Shown here one piece after another: positions 59,786 through 64,000 of a stretch of 64,000 nt of DNA. Positions within the stretch are counted from its first letter, which is position 1, and each line of letters begins with the position of its first letter. The DNA is from Azolla caroliniana (lineage: Eukaryota > Plantae > Polypodiophyta): positions 5,146,001-5,210,000 of the forward strand of contig JBHGNT010000010.1 of NCBI GenBank assembly GCA_043228905.1, read 5' to 3'. Both the position numbers and the translations under genes were made by a program. Below the pieces are notes generated by a model that was given only the letters and a program-made list of their open reading frames with translations, was not told the origin of the DNA and made no database searches.

Positions 59786-62646
59786 CTAGCTTTTTTTGGC
59801 ACCCTTCGGATAGAGAGTTGTGAGAACAATATGACCAAATACAAAGCTAACTTCATCCAAGGATCCATTAAGCAAAGCTGCCCTATTGATGCTCCGCTTG
59901 CGAACTTTTTCAGTTGCATTCTCTGGTTTCCGTGCTTTCTCACTTACTTGAAGGAATACTTTCTCACATCTACACAACAATTGCTTTGTTGGCATAACCT
60001 GGAAAAAGGAGTGATGAAATGAATAAAACAAGCATAATTCTAACTCATTATGTATCTAAATTACGATGTTTGACAGTGAGCTTGTGAACATGTATTTACA
60101 GTATTGTAAAATACAAAACTAAGGAAAGAAGAAATGTGGCTTCTTTCTTTATGCTTTATAAGAAAGAAAAGAATGCAAAATCGTTACCACACTAGAAGAT
60201 GGTGCTTCTGGATGATTTGACATCGCTTTTGAAACATACTCTGAACTGGCCATCAGATTTAAGGAATTTATTGAATCTTTACAGAGTTGCAAGACTCTCT
60301 GTTTGATTTTCCCCTTAGCCATTTTGGGACTATCATTTTTCAGCTCAGGAAAACTGACTAAATCTCCATACTTTTCATTTAACTTAATTGCCTTGATCAC
60401 TGCTGGACCTAATTCATTTCCATGTATTGTCAGCGCTAAAGCTGTAACTACCACTTGACTTTGTGGATTATCATGAAGCGCCAAGTGCAATGCTAGAAGA
60501 TTTATCCTGCATAACAATATATTAAAAAGTGAAGAGGGAGATAATAAGCTTCAAAGGAATGCATTAATGTCAACATTTTCTGCATTTTTAAAATGTTAAA
60601 AGACCTTATAAATCATAATTGGATAAAGTGAAAGCTTTATAGCTAATGTGCAGACTTATTTCAAGCTTCTACACCATAAATTTGTCAGGAAAGAGTTTAG
60701 GATTTTGTATACGGCAATAGAAAGCTTACCATAAAGTGCAATGGCAAGGCTTGGCTGGAGTGATTAGTTTGTCCAGATTTTGCAGCAACAGCTGGAGGTT
60801 AGAATGTAGAGGTTTTAGTTAAGTTAAAGAACATCCAGATCCATTGTCAGAAAAATCTCTTACGGTTTGTTGCTTCACTTACTAAGAGCATATTGGAAAT
60901 TTTATCTTGTCTTTTGAATCCTTGACCTGCAAGGTACGCAGCCTGAAAAAACATTCATAAATCTTATTTTTGTCATGGTAACATTCACACCTTCAAATCT
61001 ACCAAATACTTTTGTGATGGCAAGTAGCAGTAAAATATTTACTGTTGATTTCAACAACAATTTTCATGTGATAATACATTAGCCTGTAAGCATAGAGATA
61101 CGACCCATTCCTTCCAATGTTATAGATTAGATTTGGAAACATTTTTAGACTAGTGTGAAGCATGATGAGATGCCACCTTGTTCAAATACGCCTAGTCTAC
61201 CAAATGCTTGAAGGTACTAAGAATCATGGCAATTAGTAGTGAAGAAAGGCCTGAATCAACAACCAAAGCTATGGAGTATCCTGCATTCAAATAGGTGGGT
61301 GCATGAGAGCCTGCTGGCACATCAATGACTATCACACAGACACGATTAAAACATTTATAGCTCCCAAATACACACGCAATTATTTGTGACCACACATTCA
61401 ACTTGCAATACAAGGTATGAAGTGAACACCAAACGTGGGAGAAAGCAATATAAACTACATTAGCAAGTGATACAACTCCAGAAGTCCTAGAAGAATACTT
61501 GATTCTATTAATACCAAAATAACTATCAAATTAATGCTGCAAGCCTGAGACGTATGTAAGAGTTGACTTGCCGTCTTTGTGCCTAGTTGCCTTTTTGGAT
61601 TTGATCCAAATATATTTTATATCCAGTCTAATGGTATTTGCCCTTAGTCATATCCATTCTCTGACTGAAATCATATTTATCTAAACCAATACCATGTTTT
61701 GGACCCGATCTTTCATTTGTGAATACCAACAACTGGTTCAACCTTCCTCTGCTAGTTGTATAGATGATGCAAGAGACAACTGTGATAACGATGCCTACGC
61801 ACTTACAGCTTCAATGAATAAAAGTCACAGCTTGAAAAGTGTCTTTGTGACAATTGGCTGTGCTCCTAACTCAGATCTAACTTTGCTGTGTCGTACTGAT
61901 GGTTTGCTCATCATGCCGAAAATCATCATAACTAATGGCCTTTCGATGTTTCTCCATACTACAATGGGATAGACATTTGATCATTTTCAAAGATGAGAAC
62001 CAGATGACATAAGCTCTCTGTGATGGATGAAGTTGAGATGCTTGTGAGAGTTGTACTGTAAAGTCAATTAGTTTCCTCATTAAACCTGTGACTGAGAATG
62101 GGTGCCTTCAAACCCAACAATCAAACTGTACTTCCTTTATATCACTTACGATATCTACCCAATGAGCCATAATCTTTCATTATTCAATAAAAATAAGAAA
62201 AAATTTCAATAAGAATATAACCTGAGCAGGAAATAAGATCTCAAGCAACCCAAACCTCCAAAGCAAACGAACAGATGGTTCTGACGCACCATAACTCATC
62301 AAGTTATTCATTTCCAGTCTTAGCCTTTCCTAATGAAGCAATGAGTTTTCACAATATGTTTGCACAGTCAAGGAATTCAAAACTGTTTTGTAAAAGTTTA
62401 CCTGATTAAGATTATTTATAGAACCTGAGTGGAGTTGTATGGCTTGAGCAGTTTCCCGTGAAAACTTGAAACCAAGTCTCGCAGCAATACGCAAAGCGCG
62501 TAAAATACGGGCTGTCCAGACCAGAAAATTCTCAACATACAAAGCTTAACACATAATAATGCAGACAGAAAGATAGTTCTGTTTCATGACAAAAAATTAC
62601 CTGAGTCTTCTGCAAAAGATATAGTTGCAGGTGTAACAGTTCGGAC
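59786..62646 (-). CDS. Bacterial-type poly(A) polymerase / tRNA nucleotidyltransferase family protein, 3' exons (5' part upstream or outside the window)
   Basis: Exons 62601-62646, 62402-62511, 62222-62329, 60883-60942, 60730-60791, 60188-60506, 59786-59998; GT-AG and phase-consistent. Motif SFAEDSARILRALRIAARLGF (EDxxR), ERLRLEMN, LLWRFGLLEILFP. Confidence 0.9.
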
Positions 62647-62859
62647 CTATTTTTCAAAAACAAGAAGATGAAGAAAACTATTGAAATACCATTTCCTGAA
62701 ATCTCACATACTCCCCTTTCGTAAAGTTTAATATACGTTATTCGGAATAAGAAGCTTCTCTCTGGATTCTGTAGTCCTGGAAATTATATATTTGAGTCCT
62801 GGGAAGCAGTAATAGGCCGAGATGATAGATTTTACAAATCACTAGGGTATAGATCCAGT

Positions 62860-63260
62860 ATCTCTTAATTATATGTATTAGTTGTGATTAGCATGGAAGA
62901 ACCAGATTTGATGGATTATGAGAATGGAGTCCAAAAGTTTCTGTTTTATTACTTGAAACTGTTGCTAGGAAATTTAACAATGTTCCACAAATTTGGAGAA
63001 AATTCCATGGGTCTAGTACAATGTGAGCTAGAATGTCACCTCAACTTATGTGGATAGAAATATATGTGCTCTTTTTCTTTATGAATAATGATGGTACAAA
63101 TTCAGTGTCTCTTATTCATATATGTCACTAGCACAGAAGAACCAGATTCTGTAGAATATGGGAATAATGGAGTTCAGATCCTCAGTTTTATTATTTGAAA
63201 TTGTTGCTAGTAAATCAGATAAAAATGTTCCACAAATTTAGAGAAAATTCCCAGGGTCTA
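62860..63260. repeat. Diverged intronic direct repeat (~130-150 bp, offset ~240)
   Basis: tagca.agaagaaccagatt...tgttgctag...aatgttccacaaattt.gagaaaattcc...gggtcta occurs twice. Confidence 0.75.
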
Positions 63261-64000
63261 TTATCTGTAAGTTCATTTATCAAAATCAAACACAAGGCTT
63301 TCTGTGCATGATGTGGAGAGTGACAATTCCAGAATTAATCTCTCCTTTCTAGACACACTCTATCTCTAGATTCACTTTATTCTGGCATTTATTTCATCTG
63401 ATTTTCTGTCCACTACTCCACTAGTTTAATTCAGTATGCTTGTAGGTATATATTATTTAGTTTTATTACTGCTGCTTCCAGTCTCTTTGGTACCTTAGTA
63501 CTGTTCATAACAGTTTTCTAATATCCCAGCCTTATCAATGATGTTCGAGTATTTGTGATGTTAATTTCTTAAGCAAAGCTGACTCGCATGTCAATCTGTT
63601 CATTTTTTGTGCACAACTCTATAAATATTCCTTGCACTCTCGTAGTATTCAGATTGTTGCATAAACATGATGCTTTCTAATGCTTGGAAATTGTTTGTTA
63701 CGTAATCCACAGATCTTTGTTTGGTGAATGTCTCTTCCATGTGCCTATATTACCCCTTCTAGCCTTGATAGTGCCCACATGCTATCCTCTCCAAAAGATT
63801 TTTACCTGCCTTACCTTGAACATGAGCAGCAGATTTTCCAGAGAGTATAACATCTCTTGCCAGACATTTGATGACACCTGGATCAAATCACACTGACGCT
63901 GGACTGGAAAATGGACATGCTTAATTGGACAATGGACATGACATCACCATTGTCAAAAAACTGCAGCATTATGGCAGTATTCCAGAATATTTCAAAAGAA

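Noticed and set aside
63684-63896. Possible further exon or ORF at the right edge
   Set aside because: A donor-like aggtaag exists on the minus strand but the translation shows no nucleotidyltransferase motif I can recognise; left uncalled

Overview
Eukaryotic land-plant nuclear DNA. The gene and TE repertoire is consistent with a fern or other non-seed plant, but this cannot be proven from the window. (1) 1-~7.9 kb: a tandem array of tRNA-Asp(GUC) genes on the minus strand, with 17 near-identical ~383-bp units and then 3 decayed copies. It has dimer/tetramer higher-order structure, no Pol III T-run next to the tRNA, and a ~310-nt spacer that appears to fold on the transcribed strand. (2) 14.5-18.4 kb: a six-exon cysteine-synthase-family gene (minus). 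(3) 20.1-57.4 kb: one old LINE whose ORF2 is split by a 33-kb nest of LTR retrotransposons. The nest holds three Copia elements, an antisense solo LTR, an intact very young chromovirus with TG...TA ends and a 5'-leader hairpin array, and a 5'-truncated non-chromovirus Gypsy with a large extra coiled-coil ORF. A doubly deleted relative of the chromovirus sits at 18.9-20.1 kb. (4) A tRNA-Ile pseudogene and the 3' exons of a bacterial-type poly(A) polymerase/CCA-adding family gene (minus), running off the right edge. All structure and alignment calls were made by eye.
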